A stretch of 63,988 bases of DNA, counting the filler, from Lama guanicoe (taxonomy: Eukaryota): the NCBI GenBank assembly GCA_013239625.1. It is 131 parts of 131 records of this genome, joined end to end, with 100 filler letters (N's around TTAATTAATTAA, not from the genome) between each part and the next. Parts side by side here need not be neighbours in the genome. Positions count along the whole stretch, not along the records: positions 62,616 to 63,006 come from PNXV01059317.1; positions 63,107 to 63,497 come from PNXV01059318.1; positions 63,598 to 63,988 come from PNXV01059319.1; 128 more parts are not named here. One strand, given 5' to 3'. The notes under the pieces are model-generated. The model saw only the letters and a program-made list of their open reading frames with translations, was not told where the DNA came from and did not search any database. Position 1 is the first letter of the stretch. Every line of letters begins with the position of its first letter. The position numbers were made by a program, and so were the translations under genes. This document shows positions 62,516-63,988 of this stretch, in pieces.

Positions 62516-63988
62516 NNNNNNNNNNNNNNNNNNNNNNNNNNNNNNNNNNNNNNNNNNNNTTAATTAATTAANNNNNNNNNNNNNNNNNNNNNNNNNNNNN
62601 NNNNNNNNNNNNNNNGGGGGGATATACATGTGTCTGAGTATGTGTGTATATCTGCCTCTGTGACGACATTCCAAGACTAATATAAACACCTTCTAAATTA
62701 CCCATTACTCTGTCACTTCTCTTTTCCATTAGAAAGAGGTAGCCTACATTTATTTGCCTTTGAAGTCCTAACACTCTACCCTTTCCATCACCTCTCTCTT
62801 AAAGACTGATCTCTTCATCTTTCCTATATGAGGTCCACACTGCAAACAGTTCTTTAAATTTAGGTACTGGCATAAGCATTTTATATTTATTTAACATTAT
62901 ATTAAATATAATTATAATTTGATATAATTATTGCTTAATATTTAATATAATTAATGTAGTATATTCAATATAACTGCACTTAATATTATTGCATCAACTA
63001 AAAATANNNNNNNNNNNNNNNNNNNNNNNNNNNNNNNNNNNNNNNNNNNNTTAATTAATTAANNNNNNNNNNNNNNNNNNNNNNNNNNNNNNNNNNNNNN
63101 NNNNNNTAGACCAAGAATCAAAGGAGATAAGACTGGGTTGGAAATGGGGTGCTAGTTTATCTTGGTTGATACATGCATATATTCACTCGCATGCTTTCTA
63201 AAATGAATTGTTATTGTTTAGCGTCATTTAGGTTGCTTCACTTTCCCAAAATACCAATTCTTTGGAACTCACTATAACCTCAAAGAAAGAACTTTAGAAT
63301 TTAGAATGTGTTAAAGGTAACAAAGATGTTTGTTCCCTTAAGGAAAATAGATTTCCCAATGTATTGATTTATCAGGGAGGAATGAAATCATTTAAAAGAT
63401 GAGATTCATTCTACTGTGCAATTCTTCTGTGTCTCCCATCCACCCTTCCCCACTTTCTTTCCCTTCCTTTTATCTCTCCACATTCTTTCTTTTTTTTNNN
63501 NNNNNNNNNNNNNNNNNNNNNNNNNNNNNNNNNNNNNNNNNTTAATTAATTAANNNNNNNNNNNNNNNNNNNNNNNNNNNNNNNNNNNNNNNNNNNNCGT
63601 CCGTCATCTCCTGCCCCCCACACCTCACAGGCCGCTGGAGGAACACGTGTCCGCTGAGCAGGTCTCTTGTGGTGTTTTCTCTGTGACTCACTAGAGCGTA
63701 AATCTCAGCAGGGGTCACAGGCTTAAGTGGAGACTGCTGTGTGTTTTGCTTAAAATATTTACTTCTCTAATTTCATATTTTCCTTAGTGGTGCACCTGAG
63801 ACTGATTTCAAGAAAAAGACTATTTTCATTCAACCTGAGTCACAAGAGACGTTCTTGTTAGCGTTAGGGGTACTTACATGCTTATTTGGAGTAAGACAAA
63901 GAAGAATGAACAGCACGAGCTGCTTCTGTCACAGGGGACAGGGCTTGGCGGCACTCATTTTCCCAACCTGTACCATGCTGTGTTCTCC

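Overview
This window is not contiguous genomic DNA. It is about 131 unrelated short mammalian fragments of 387-391 bp, roughly sorted by increasing length. Each is joined to the next by an identical artificial 100-bp linker (44 N + TTAATTAATTAA + 44 N, with stop codons in all six frames), as in a concatenated bin of unplaced contigs, so adjacency between fragments has no biological meaning. The content is typical eutherian: many L1, MaLR/ERV LTR, MIR/L2 and DNA-transposon (Tigger1, MER3, MER5) fragments, plus a tRNA-derived SINE resembling the camelid Vic-1 family, which suggests a camel or alpaca source. Recognisable coding pieces are three olfactory receptor fragments (OR2W3-like, OR4F-like, OR2T11-like), an open GON4L-like exon fragment, a C2H2 zinc-finger array (ZNF829/ZNF383-like), an RBBP4 processed pseudogene, and an intron-containing KHDC3L (ECAT1/FILIA) copy whose expected start ATG reads CTG. 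I found no support for a novel multi-gene biological system. The most worthwhile items are the divergent KHDC3L copy, a few unidentified exon-like segments and an LTR-like piece carrying three tandem PBX-PREP/MEIS decamer motifs. Gene and repeat-family names come from recalled sequence similarity, not from a database search.
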